A stretch of 64,000 nt of DNA from Oculina patagonica. Lineage: Eukaryota. The notes under the pieces were generated by a model, which saw only the letters and a list, made by a program, of their open reading frames with translations, searched no databases and was not told the origin of the DNA. The stretch covers positions 4,030,001 through 4,094,000 of the forward strand of contig NC_135760.1 of assembly GCF_052425735.1 (NCBI RefSeq). Reading direction: 5' to 3'. Position numbers and translations under genes: made by a program. This document shows positions 49,714 through 62,513 of this stretch, one piece after another; the first letter of the stretch is position 1, and each line of letters starts with the position of its first letter.

Positions 49714-51767
49714 ATGATTGCGATGATCAGTGCAAATTTCACTCGTGACAATTTCAAAAGGATACAACTTCCGTAGGCACACAGTGGCTGTTCTAAAAAA
49801 CCTGTATCCCGTTTAAAATGATACTACATACCTATCTGAAGCTACCGTTTCCTTTTATTTTGAAATATTTTTGTATTTTGATCGAAATAACCGCCTAAAA
49901 CTTTCCGTATGGCAGTGTTTACAAAGAGCGAACCTGTATTTTCACAGCAAAGACCGCTGGGCCAAGGTACTTTTTTCGAATCCTTTCCCAAAGAAACGCA
50001 CGGATCATGAATCCTAAAAATCCGGATTCAGATATGATCTGATGTATCCACTCGAAGTGTGGATTCTTCAGATCATTGATCCAAGATTAATCCATTTTCG
50101 GATATAGGTAAAGAAACGCAAAATCCGTTTTTGGATCAAGAATCCGGATTCGGATTTTTCCCAAAGAAACGCACCCTTAGATATATGAAAGGGGTACCTT
50201 TTTTTAGTTATAGGTATACGAAAGGGGTACAATTTCTGTCAAAAATGGTATATAAAAGGGTAAGGGGTTAGAACTTGGGGCGAAGCCTCCCCGTATAAAA
50301 CTTTTTGGAGTACCCCCCCCCCCGGGCTAGGAGTATTTAGAACTACTCCCCCTTGGATACGATGCTAGTCCAATGGGTTAAATGTGAAGTTTGCTGCGAC
50401 AAAAAAATTAACTGTAACAATGGAATTTTTGTATTTTGTTGCCGTTCAAAAGGTCAGATTGCAGAGTCAGTTTCTTTTGCCGACAAAGCAAAGTGATCAC
50501 AAAACAAAAATACCCTTTGATCAAATTTTGGCATTACTATGGTGATTTCTGGGAGAATAATAATTCAGGAAATTGTCCACCATATTCTCTCCTCTGTTTT
50601 TGAGTGTCCTTAAATGTAAATGTTACACCTGAACAAATAACAGAGCTACTGTCACAGTGTCCCCCCAAATTCCATACAGGAGGACCAGTTATTTTTGCCT
50701 TTATGCCATAAGTGGAGTTTTTCACCAAAACAATGCCTCTGTTAAACAAAACTTCAAATCCATTATATGAACCTGCTTGGCACTGTAGGCGCTCTGACGA
50801 GAACTGTCCACTTGCAGACCCCCAAACTGTTTTGCCACTTCGGTCAATGACGGTCAGATCTATCGAGTAGCTGCCATTTGCACGGCCAAAGAAGCACACT
50901 CCATGAAATGTTATGTCTCTGTCTAGAGAGAAATCAAGGACATACACCTTTTCAGACAACCATTTTGAAGAACAAAAACTCTCCAATACACGAAATGTGC
51001 AACATCGTTGAAGATTTCCTTTAAATCCAGGTCTTCTTGTTTCTGGAAATCCCACTGGAGCCTTCGAGACAGAATTCAGGCATTTGATAATACTGACAAT
51101 TTCGTCTGGGGTTAGAATTTTGCTGTCCAACACAACACTAGCAAAATCTTTTTGTTCAATTGTTGGAAAGCGCAATGCTGTTAAAAGTTTTTCTCCAAGA
51201 ACTCTTCTTTTAACTGCACCATCTGCCTCTAAACCTTGTCTCTCACATTCCTTTGTTGCCCACAAGTCAACAGCTTTAAACAGCTCTATCTCTTCAATCG
51301 TCAGACTGTCTCTTACAACTACCGCTTCAAGTAAGGACCTCTCAATTGTCACAAATCCATCTGATTTCACAGTCTCTTCTGTCTGTTTATCGATCACTTC
51401 CCAGCATTGATCCACCAGAGTTTTCTCTTCATATTTCTGTGCAAAGGTCAGGATGCTGAAAACATTTGATGGATCTACGCTATCTTGTAGATATTCTATG
51501 CATTTATCAGCCAGTAAAGGCACCATATATTTCTTTGCCAAATACAACACTCCCATCACATTACTTCCGGTCAAGTTCGCTTCATCGCTGTACATGTAAC
51601 GAAACAACTCCATCAGACTCTCGTACTCACAGTCAGGGAGTTCAATAGAGTCTGCAGTCTCCGCCAGCTCACCGTAAAACATAGCCCGTTTCACGGATAC
51701 GGGCGCCATTTTGAATAATTTGATTGCGCAAAGCAGTATGGGTCAAAAAGGGGGCATTGAATCCAAG

Positions 51768-54700
51768 ATGGCGTCCAGTCGCACGAGTGATGAAAACGAT
51801 GAAGCCTTTTTCAGAAACTGGGGCGTTGAAAAGTTAAAATGTTACCTATTGGAAAGAGAAGTTCCGGTCGGGAATACCAATAAGGCTGGTTTAATTAACC
51901 TGTGTGTGTTTGCTAGAAAATTGGGGCTCAGGGTTGTACAAAATGTTCAGGAAAGCTTAAAGGAGGTAGAGAGAGAAAGAATAGAAAAGTTAAGACTTGA
52001 AGATGGGAGAATCATTCTTCCCGACCCAGATAGTTTAGTTGTAGGCTGGGAAGAAGGAGCACAGAGTTACCCGGAGTTGTGTCAGATCGGCATGGAAAAA
52101 TATTGGGATGAAAGTGAGTAAACTATTTGTGAAACTCTCTCCTTATATTTAATTATAAAGACAAAAACAACAACAAGGTTTATTTATTTCAACTGCAAAA
52201 TTACTAGTTACTAGATATGAATGTACATTATTGTTTTATAAATATGTGCTTCTGAAAAGCTACTTTTCAACCGTCCAATATAAGGAGTAAAACAATATTT
52301 AAAAATATATATTTGTTAAGAACAGGACATAATATCCCATTTTGTAACATGCAAGTATCCAGTACATTTCAAATAAATATACAAGTTTGATGCATCACCA
52401 GTTTGTTTTGTGTTGACTTTGTACCCCTGGAGAATATATTCTTCTTACTAAATAAACAAACATTCAAATTTAGAAAACAAGGTTATTGGCATTAACACTG
52501 GAGGAAAAGAGGCATTGAGAGATGGAAAATCTTTGTTTCTATCGGGTCATGTTAAAGAGGCCAATTATCATGGCATTAGTAGCAATATTGCATATTGCTT
52601 TATAAAAGCAAAGGTTTGTGGTGTCTCTATCTTTATGATTTACTACACTGTACAATCTATAGAATTAACTTACATACACCTTATGTTTTCTGAGACAAAT
52701 ACCAGCTAGTTAAAAAGCAACAATTTTTACATCACATCACATTGTGATGGAATTTTGTTTTGTTTTGCAATGATTGCATCAGATGGAATCCTTAACTGTT
52801 CAATAATACACTTGCAAATAAACATGTAATAATTACAAACCCCACAGGTTGTTAGAGAAACATCAACAACTGCTGCCCCATATGCAGGCTGGATAATCCT
52901 GCAGAAGCAGAGTGGAACACTTTCTGATGCCTTCTGTTCATGTCCAGCTGGGTATACTGACTATATAATGTATTTTGACTGAATTTCTCATCGATTTTTG
53001 TAATGTGCAGCCAAAAACATTTACTAAACCTGATTGCATTGCAGGGTAAGAGGGAGCTGTAAACATGTGGCAGCAATTTGCCACCACGTTATTGAGAAAG
53101 TTGTTAGAGGGGAAAATGCATCGGTGACTTCAAGGGAGCAGGCATGGGGTCGGCCTTCCGAGAAACAACTACACCAGCCTGACTTTTTCAGAAATATCAC
53201 TATTAAAAAAGTCAAAGGTAGACTATTTGTGAAAATGTCATTTGTGTGTATTTAGAGAAACTCCTCCCCGCTTCAGGGAAGGTCAATTTGATGTCCAAGA
53301 GGATATTTTCTGGTACATAATCCTTACAACTGTATATCAGATTATTTTCAATGTTTGCCCTCTCAGCTTCCTTTTCTGTTTGATATGATAGGTTATTCTA
53401 CTTAGTTAGTCTTAAAATTTTTTCGTTTTGTTAGTTTGGAGAATCTTCTGTTAGATCTAATCAATATTCTTAAGTTTATAATGTTCTCAATTCTTATTGT
53501 CAGTCTGCTTAACAATAGGTTGATATTGTAAGGAGAAGTTGCATGTTGATCTGTCCTTCAGGTGAAAGAGTTTTTATAACTTTACATTTTTCGTTTTCTT
53601 TCTGCTATTATTCTTATTCAGGGAATTGCCAGTTAGAAAATAGTGTGTCAAGGAGAAGTAGGTTTGATTACGACCCAAGAGCTTTGGCAGATAGAGGAGT
53701 TAAGAGCATAGAAGAGTTAGATTTAGAAGGGTTGCAGAGAGCTACTGATGGCAAGGCAGCTATTTTACACTTTTTTTCCCAAGAAAATCATGCCTCTCAG
53801 GATTACCCTGATATGAGTGATATGGCAGTTGTAAGTGAGGAGACAGTGGTTACCACAGAAAAGGTACCATTGCCACCAACATTACCAGAATTAGCAAGCC
53901 AGTTTACTTCAGCTGATGAGATCTTGGAAGCTGTCTTGAAACCCCTCTCCTTTGCTGTTGTGAAACAAATAAGTGATGAAACAATTCAACAAAGGGATGA
54001 CAACCTGTGGTTTGCTGTTAGAACTGGAAGAATTACAGCAAGCACATTTAAAAGGTGCATAGATAAGGTGGACCTTGCAGAGGGCAAGGTAAAGGGGGCA
54101 ACTACTTCCCTACTTAAACAAATAATGAATTACTACCCCAAGGCATATTCACCCGCAATAAACTGGGGTATCTACAATGAGCCACATGCCATTGCAGACT
54201 TTCTGAAAGCACAACGTGGCTTTCACAAACACATGAAAGTAGAGCCGTGTGGGGTATTCCTCTGTGAGCAATACCCATTTCTTGCTGCATCGCCTGATGC
54301 TATTGTCACGTGTGACTGTTGTGGAAGCAGACCACTTGAGGTTAAAAACCCTTACAAGCACAGAAACATGACCATCAAGAACTATGCCAAACAAACAGAT
54401 TCATGTCTGCAGGTCCAAGACATTGGTACAGTCTCGTTGAAGTATGAGCACACTTACTACACTCAAGTCCAGCTTCAGATCCTTGCTACTGGAGCAGAGG
54501 TAGGTTACTTTTGTGTGCGAACAGCTGCTTCTGAATGTAATTTGCATTGTCAAGAAGTATTTTTGAACACTGAATTTCTTGAAGAAGCTATGGCAAAAGC
54601 GGAAGTATTTTTCAAGCAAGTAGTGCTGCCAGAGCTGATGACTGGACATGTGAAGAAAGCAATGCAGGATGCATCTACAGCATGTTCTGTTGCTGATGGT

Positions 54701-54904
54701 GAAGAAAAGGGTGATCCTGAATTTCCTTGTGGAAAATGTGGCATAAACTGTCCAGAAGAGCCAAAAGAATTTAAGGAAATGAGCATTGGTTGTGACAAGT
54801 GCAACCAGTGGTTCCACTGGAAGTGTGTCGACTTAACTGGAAAAGAAGCTGTTCTTGAAGATCAAAATTTGATTTGGATGTGTGATACCTGCTCTCCCAA
54901 GTAA
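51768..54904 (+). CDS. ISL2EU accessory protein, ~681 aa: SAP-like, SWIM, YqaJ (lambda-exonuclease-like) nuclease, PHD finger; exons 51768-52113, 52474-52613, 52848-52951, 53045-53217, 53622-54904
   Basis: In-phase exons; SWIM CSCPAGVRGSCKHVAA; YqaJ W..R.GRITAS..G..NE..ASPD..EVKNP..YYTQVQLQ; PHD CGKC..CDKCNQWFHWKC..CDTC. Confidence 0.88.
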
Positions 54905-55195
54905 TCATAATGTGATCCCCAAGTTTAAAGTTATGATGATAAACAGACTGACTTTTAGTTGCCTAGTTGTTCAAAGGATGGGTAATGCTTTACACTGGAC
55001 AGCTCACTTACCACAAGATGGCCAGCATCCTTACCCACTGGCTAGTGATCTATTTACTGTATAGCATTACCTATACTTTGAACAGGCAGGAGCCTAAAGG
55101 TGATCTCTTAAATCATATATACGTTAAAATGCCATACTTAACAACAACTCTGTATGGGTTATCACTTTTCCAGAAAGCCGTTTACAATGCTAATG

Positions 55196-57287
55196 TCACT
55201 GACAGTGTAGGGGTATGATTGGCTCTTGTAGATTGATAAGTGCACATACAACAGTTGCGATGTGATCAAAAAGATCCACCATGTCCAAAGGTTGTTCACA
55301 CTTAAGAATGTCATAATCTTTCAGACGACCAATCACACGTTCAATGTGAATTCTGGCGTTAGCTACTTGCTTAGTGCGGGTGTCATCCTCAATTGTGAAC
55401 TGGCTCTTTTTCTTCAGGAACGGGGGGATAACTAGCTTTACTTGACGAGGGAGAAGAAGCTCCTGAATGTTAAAACCCCTATCTGCTAGGACGGTATCTC
55501 CCGGCTCGAACTTTGAAATAATGCCACTTTCCTTCACAAGCCTCTTGTCACTCATGGCACCTCCTGCACTGTGTGAAATAAAAGAGACAGTTCCAACCGG
55601 GGTACAAGCAACAAGCAGTTTGCATGTCGGTCTACCTTTGTAAAAAGAGTAAATTTGCCCATTAGCGAGAGCTAATGATGGCCGCTGGATAGGAACTTCA
55701 GTGCAGTCAATGATGGCAATAACGTTTTTGTATTTTTTGAAACAATCTGGATAGTATTTTTCGGCTTCCTCGCGTGTGGGCCAGTGGATCAATGGTTTCA
55801 ACTCCAGGGAAAGGAGAGGGAGCCATGTAGATATAATGGTTGTCACAAGGCTTGGTGACACTCCAAACATGAACGCAAGAAACTGATTGTTCAAATTGAG
55901 ACGGAGCTTCATTAATGTCAAAAGAAGCTCGTTTTCGGGTGACAAAATTCGATCTGGGCCAGGCTTTTTACACTTCGTTACCTGATACCTTTTTACATCA
56001 TGGGACTCGGGACCCTTATAGTACTGCATGTACGGTACCTTGTCCTTCACCTGATCATAGATCCAATTAAAAACTTTGAAGTTGTCAAGACCCGTATGAA
56101 GCTTGACCAGATAGTCAGAATCTTTAATTTTTTCTACCGAGAAGTTGTCACTTGAGTTGTTTTTGCTGACACTGTCGAGGCTTTCCTTAAGTTTGGCATT
56201 TTCATTTTTTAGGTTTTCATTTTCTTCAATTGTTTGCATCACCTTTTTTTTACATTTTACACAAAGTGCCTGTTGACAGCTGCATTCATCACCTTCAGAG
56301 ATTTGAAAAGATTGATCCTCAGGATTGCAGTATGTGTGATCACTTTCAGGCAAATTAAATACACATTGCTCCACAATAGAATCCAAACTGTGGTTGGTTT
56401 CGGGTTGGGATTGCTCTTCTAAAGATGGCTGTGTTTGAAATGGGGTATCTACCGTATCTTCAATCATTTGACGTTTAGAACTTATGGTTTCAGTTGCAAC
56501 AGTCACTTTTCGTTTGATAGCACTTCTACGTGTTTTAAGGAAACCTTCGTCTACATCGTCATGTCCACATAACCTGTTCACTGTTTGGGAAACGCTGATA
56601 TTTGATGTTTCCTTACCACTGTATCCACGCAGCCATAGTTCTGGGTGAAGGTGATCTCCTAGTGGCTTACCATGCACAAAATGATTACTGCACACCTTGG
56701 TATTCTTTGTAACTGTAAGATCTTTTCGGTTTATTATTTTTTCCCAAACTTTAAAGTACCTTTCTGGTGGTCTGTGCCACTGCATGTGTTTAACATGTGA
56801 TTTAACGACACACCTGTATGTACAATTACAGAAATATATTGTAGTTTTTAACTTACACATCTAAAGATAGTTGGCTGTGTGGTAAATTAAGTTTACATTC
56901 ACAATTAGAACTTGCTTGGTTAAATGATATTAGCATAAATATTAGCCTTTTCATCAATCATGATTAACACAGATAGATTTTTAGTTTTCTTGAAGGCTTA
57001 CATTATTGTTAAAAGACTGTTCGTATATAAAACGGCTGGAGCTACGGGTGTATTTTAGGTTTAGAGTTTTTCTATGCAGCGGGGAATAAATCTGTAACAA
57101 TAAGAGCTTTTATTCCTACCGATCTAATGTACTGTATCCCGGCACAAATGAAAATAAAACTTACAGACAATATACAGCCTCTGCTAGCTTTAATGCCTTT
57201 ATTGACAAAAATATTAACACGATACCTGTCAGGTTTTCTTCTGCTATTAGAGCAACCAAAAACGGCACAAAAATCACCGCCACCCAT
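55196..57287 (-). CDS. THAP - HTH - DDE_Tnp_4 transposase, ~559 aa; exons 57287-57226, 56813-55196
   Basis: THAP CAVFGCSN..W..VCSNHF..P; HTH ELLLTLMKLRLNL..LAFMFGVS; catalytic IDCTE, ADRGF, RIHIERVIG. Confidence 0.9.
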
Positions 57288-58031
57288 CCTCGATCGCTTC
57301 TTATCGCCACAATTTAAACAAGAAAAAATCGTACAATTTACCACGTGCGACTGGACGCCATCTTGGATTCAATGCCCCCTTTTTGACCCATACTGCTTTG
57401 CGCAATCAAATTATTCAAAATGGCGCCCGTATCCGTGAAACGGGCTATGGCTTCAAACACAGGACTGCTTATCGACAACACTAACTTGTGAGCAGGAATC
57501 ACTTGCTTTCTTCGTTTGCTTTGACTTTCGCCATCCGTCTTCCTGATAACAAACTTCACATCGCTGAAACGGTCGTTGTTAAATATAAACTTGCTTCTTT
57601 CTGTAATGGTAGGTCTTGTTATTTGCCAGTTTTCTTCGACGACAGACATGTTTGCCTTCTGTACCGTTCAAGTCGGGCCAAGACGGGCCAAGAGGCCCCG
57701 GGTCTCAACTCGAGACAGCGGTAACCATGTCCAGCGGTGACACATCGCGTACCTGTCACGCATTCGGTGCAAAAGCGTAACTGTCAGCGTGACAGGGGCC
57801 CTAATCGTTCATTGAAAACTACAGTCAATAGATATAAATCTATTACGAATTGATGAAAGTGGCGTAAAAATGTTAAAAAATACGCTGACAAAACTGTAAA
57901 GAAACCTACACAAATCTGAACTCTTTCAAAGGTCTTCTTCTTCTTTCGGACGGAGCGTCCCCATATAGGCCATTATAGGGAGTACCCCCCTCCCCCCAGG
58001 GTCCTGTGTCCCTGCAAACTGACCACTTCCA

Positions 58032-58528
58032 CAGTAGAACCCCGGTAACTCGAACTCGGATAACTCGAACAACCCCGCTAACTCGAACACACTTCCATTT
58101 CCCTTGGATTTGACCCCACTTTTTAGTCATTTTTACTCGGTTAACTCGAACTCGGATAACTCGAAAACCCCGCTAACTCGAACTAAATTTCGTTTCCCTT
58201 GATCAAAATTTGGGTCAAATTTACCCCGATAACTCGAATCCCGGTTCTTGCAGCTCACCACAGTTGCTCCTTTATTAGAGCAACAAAACAGATCACATAT
58301 TTGACAGCCTTTTACCACTCTTATCCTAAGAATTTATGGTCGTGTTGGAGTTTCTGACGAGATAAGTTTAATTTGCACTGTACTGTATACTAAGTGCTGT
58401 AAAATCAGTAAACTATCAATTATTAACTTGGCAAATTAAATATTCAATCTACCCCGATAACTCGAAACCCCGCTAACCCGAACTGTTTTTCGTTTCCCTT
58501 CAGAGTTCGAGTTACCAGGGTTCTACTG
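58032..58528. mobile_element. MITE, copy of 41928-42424
   Basis: Same TIRs and 497-bp length. Confidence 0.85.
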
Positions 58529-58828
58529 TGTTATAATAGGTCCGCAGGGCGTACATGTCTAAGCTTATGTTTAGTTTTACTATGTTAGAGTTGATTATAC
58601 TTCAATAAAATTACCAAAATGCTCTCTAGAAATCTTTTCTTTTGGTGAGTTAACGTTTAAGAAGAACATGTAAGTGTAAGTTAGGTAATTAAAGAAAAAT
58701 ACAGATTTTTAGATGGCTGGTATTTAGGTACATGCAAAGGTTATTCATCTGGAGCCAGGGGGTTTGTCATATATTCACCGAGGGGGAATCACGGGGATGT
58801 AGCCCGAGAGCATCGCATGAGATAATTA

Positions 58829-58926
58829 CCGTAGAATTCCGGTTATAAGCCCTAGGCTTATACAACTTCGTAAGGGGTTTTGGGTGGGCTTATAAGCGGA
58901 GGGGCTTATATTCGGAAGGGCTTATA

Positions 58927-58959
<33 letters not shown>

Positions 58960-59362
58960 AAGGCTACTAAAATTTAGGTTTTGGCTACCAGGTTTAGCAT
59001 TCTTACTAGCCATTCGGCTAGTGAAAAACTTGGAAAAGTCAACTGTTCTTGATAGATATCACTATACCTGACTAGTGAAAGGTTACTTTTGGCTAGTAAA
59101 ATCTGACATGTCACTAGCCAGTAAACCAGTGAGTTAAAAAGTTAGTCTCAAGCCCTGCTTATAAGCGGAATAAAAGAATCGTTTCGAAACGAGCCACGGG
59201 AGTGTTGATCGAAATACGTTTTTAGGTTATTAGCCCTGTTTAGTACCGTCATTCAGCAGAGGAGGGCTTATATCCGGATGCATTTTTTTGTTTCAAGGTA
59301 GATGGGCCTATAACCGGGGGGGGGGCTTATAAGCGGGGGGGCTTATAACCGGAATTTTACGG
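58829..59362. mobile_element. Tc1/mariner-like MITE with a nested insertion
   Basis: TIRs CCGTAGAATTCCGGTTATAAGCC / GCTTATAACCGGAATTTTACGG; TA flanks; GGGGCTTATA repeats. Confidence 0.75.
58927..59157. mobile_element. hAT-like MITE with 6-bp TSD, nested in 58829-59362
   Basis: CAGGGCTCGAGACTAAC / GTTAGTCTCAAGCCCTG; CTTATA duplicated. Confidence 0.75.
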
Positions 59363-60157
59363 TATATGACATATCCCCTTGAGCTTTTATTCTTAATGAA
59401 CGATAAACAAAGTAAAATAAACAAATCCTTGTTAAAAATACGAGAGATGTATTATTTTCAATTCCTGGTAAATGACTACAAGTTCTTGTTGTTAACTAAT
59501 TCAGTTGTCAACTTCTAATAAACTTGTCACTGCTTGCTTTTTGTTCCTGAAAAGTTATGCATTAATAAATATTTCGTCACCAGTCGTTGGTCAAGTTGCC
59601 AGCAATTTAAAATAAAACAAACATACATTGCATTTCAAAGTTTCCTAACCATGGGCTATTACAGTCATCTGCAAGTGACAGGTCACCACTCAGTTTTAAC
59701 AGTCCAAGGTTACTGTTGCAAAATTATTAATAATACATTTTATGGTTGATTAAATTAATGGCTGCATTCTTAGCTATTTCAGGTCAAGGAAATGGACATT
59801 TTTGCTTAGGAGGTTAATTATTAACCTCAAACCTCCATGTATGGGATGCCCCCTTCCTTCTTTCATTATTAACACTTCTTGTTGTTCCAAGGGTATCCCC
59901 TAAATAGATGTTCCATTGTATATCATACAAAAACTAAACTTCAGATTAAAAACAAATTCTTAAATAAGAAAAAAAATAAAACTTAGTATGATATCTAAAG
60001 CTTTTTTTTGTTAGTTTCTAATGGTAACCACAATATTTCCAACCCACTGCTGGAATGAAAAAAGGTGGTTGTACATTTTACCACAATTCATTGCGAACCT
60101 AACACAGCCCATAAAAACAACACTGGTCATGCTAGGACAAAAAGGTTTGAGGTTTTA

Positions 60158-60326
60158 CAGCAAGGCGCCCAAATGTGTGACCACTTTTAATTTATTCACA
60201 TTCTTTCGTGCAGATTTAATCCAATCAAAAGCCGTGGATAGCTTGCAGTTGACTTCTGATTGGATTAAATCTGCTTGAAAGAATGTGAATAAATTAAAAG
60301 TGGTCACACATTTGGGCGCCTTGCTG
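60158..60326. mobile_element. Near-perfect palindromic MITE, TA TSD
   Basis: CAGCAAGGCGCCCAAATGTGTGACCACTTTTAATTTATTCACATTC..GAATGTGAATAAATTAAAAGTGGTCACACATTTGGGCGCCTTGCTG. Confidence 0.8.
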
Positions 60327-60597
60327 TAAGAGCTTTACTGTGTGTTTTTATAAGCATTTTAGGGTTTTCGCTCACTAAGATTAGAATAATGTGAGAAAAT
60401 GTACCAGTTGCCATCTTTTTCAGTACAGAGGATTGTACAAGGGACACTTAAAAAATTATGTTGCAACCTTCATGTATTAAGCTGATACTACTGACAAATA
60501 AACATTTCAAATTGAGTTGAAAAACTCTTAAACATTAACGAACAATTATTTCTTATTATAAACAATATTTCAATATTTTTTAATTTATTATAACCTG

Positions 60598-61098
60598 CAG
60601 GGCTCAAATAGTTTTTGTACAGTTGCCAGTCATGTTGACTGGCAAACAGATTTTAGATCGGTCACGTGTCGTTTCTGACTAGTTAAAATATTGATAATGG
60701 TAATTTTAAACTACCACTCCTTTGTGCTGTTCATTGAATCATGTTCGTTCGTGTGGTATAAAAAGACCCGCAATTTGTTCACTGTTTTGGCTACAAATGT
60801 CTTGTAAGATGTGATAGCGATAAGAACATGTAGCTTTAAGGCAAAATTTGAACATCTCCTACCTTGTTGTTTTCTGTCTCTTGTGCCCTAAAATCAAATG
60901 CCTGTGGAAGCTTCCATTGTTCTTCCCCGGGGTTGTTATGTACATGCGTAAACTATAAATTGGTATCAGAAATATTATTTTTTCTGGTCATTAGTTATTA
61001 TTTTAAAATCCATGTACGTGACCGGTCAAAATGACCAGCAAACCCAAACTTTGTCCAGACAAATTGTCATCTTGAGCAGACTATTATTTTGAGCCCTG
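60598..61098. mobile_element. hAT-like MITE with 5-bp TSD
   Basis: CAGGGCTCAAATAG / TTTTGAGCCCTG; ACCTG duplicated at 60593-60597 and 61099-61103. Confidence 0.7.
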
Positions 61099-61179
61099 AC
61101 CTGCTATGTCATTTCAATACAACTACTGTAACCAATTATCAATCACAAATTAATAGATTTTGGTATTCTGATGAATAAT

Positions 61180-62513
61180 TCAGTAAGGGGAGAATAACAG
61201 TTCAGGAAATTGTCCTTCATCTTCTTCCCTTTCACTGTCCTGAATTGTAAATGTTATACCTGAACAAGTAACAGAGCTAAGTCTTGAGTGATACCATATT
61301 TGACGACCAGTTATCTTTGCCTTTAGGCAGAAAGTGGTGTTCTTTACCAAAACAATACCTCTGTTAAACAAAACCTCAAAACCATTGTAATCCCTTACTT
61401 TGCACTGTAAAGGCTCAGCAAAAAACTGTCCACTTTCTGACCCCAATACAAAATTTCTTTTTGTGTTCTCTATGGTCAGATCCATAGTGTAACTGGCATT
61501 TGCACAACCAAAGAGTCTCACCCCATGTAATGTTATGTCTCTGTCCACAGAGAAATTAAGGATATGACACACTTCTATAGGACCTATAGATGATCTTGAA
61601 GTACAACAAGACCTGAGTAACTGAAATGTGCAGCATCGTTGAAGATTTCCTTTAAATCCAGGTCTTTTTTTTTCTGGGAACCCCACAGGAGACTGCGAGA
61701 CTGAACTCAGACATTTGATAACACTGACAATTTCATCTGGGGTTAGAATTTTACTGTCCAACACCACACTTGCAAAATCTTCTTGTTTAATTGTTGGAAG
61801 ACGCAATGCTTTGACTATACCTTCTCCAAGAACTCTTCTTTTGATTGCACCATCTGCCGCTAAACCTTGCCTCTCACACTCTTCTTTCGCCCACAAGTCA
61901 ACAGCTTTAAACAGCTCTATCTCTTCAAGCGTCAGACTGTCTCTTGCGACTACTGCTTCAAGTAAGGACCTCTCAATTTTCACAAATCCCTCTGATTTCA
62001 CGGCCTCTTCTGTCTATCGATCACTTCCCAGCACCGATTCACGAGGGTTTTCGCTTCATAACTTTGAGCAAAGGGCAGAATGCTGAAAACATTTGATGGA
62101 TCTACGTTATCTTGCAGATATTCTATGCATTTATCAGCCAGTGAAGGAACTATGTATTTCTTTGCCAAATACAACACTCCCATAACATTTCCACCGCTCA
62201 AGTTTACTTCATCGCTGTAAATGTAGCGAAACAACTCCAACAGACTCTCGTACTCACAGTCAGGCAGTTCAATAGAGTCTCCAGTCTCCGCCAGCTCACC
62301 GTAAAACATGGCTTCAAACACAGGACTACTAATCGACAGCACTAACTTGTGAGCTGGAATCACTTGCTTCCTTCGTTTACTTTCACTTAATTCGCCATCC
62401 GTCTTACCGATAACAAACTTCACATCGCTAAAGAGATCGTTGTTAAATATAAACTTGCTTCTTTCTTTGATGGTGGGGCTTGTTTGCCAGCTTTCCACGT
62501 CTGCCGCAGACAT
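61180..62513 (-). pseudogene. BTB-BACK-PHR paralog with a frameshift (4-bp deletion at ~62015)
   Basis: MSAADVESWQ.. BTB ORF shifts frame at ..EVIDRQKRP; the paralog reads TGTCTGTTTATCG where this copy reads TGTCTATCG; the downstream frame continues to GQFPELLFSPY. Confidence 0.85.

Larger units (their letters stand above)
51683..57446. mobile_element. ISL2EU-type (PIF/Harbinger-ISL2EU group) DNA transposon, 5764 bp, apparently autonomous
   Basis: Perfect 103-bp TIRs (51683-51785, 57344-57446; AGCCCGTTTCACGG..), AT TSD (51681-51682, 57447-57448), two convergent intact genes. Confidence 0.93.
50537..57649 (-). pseudogene. BTB-BACK-PHR paralog interrupted by the ISL2EU element (5' part 57649-57447, 3' part 51680-50537)
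   Basis: Removing 51683-57446 and one AT restores ..SSPVFEA-M-FYGELAET.., matching the paralog sequence GTAAAACATGGCTTCAAAC at ~62301. Confidence 0.9.
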
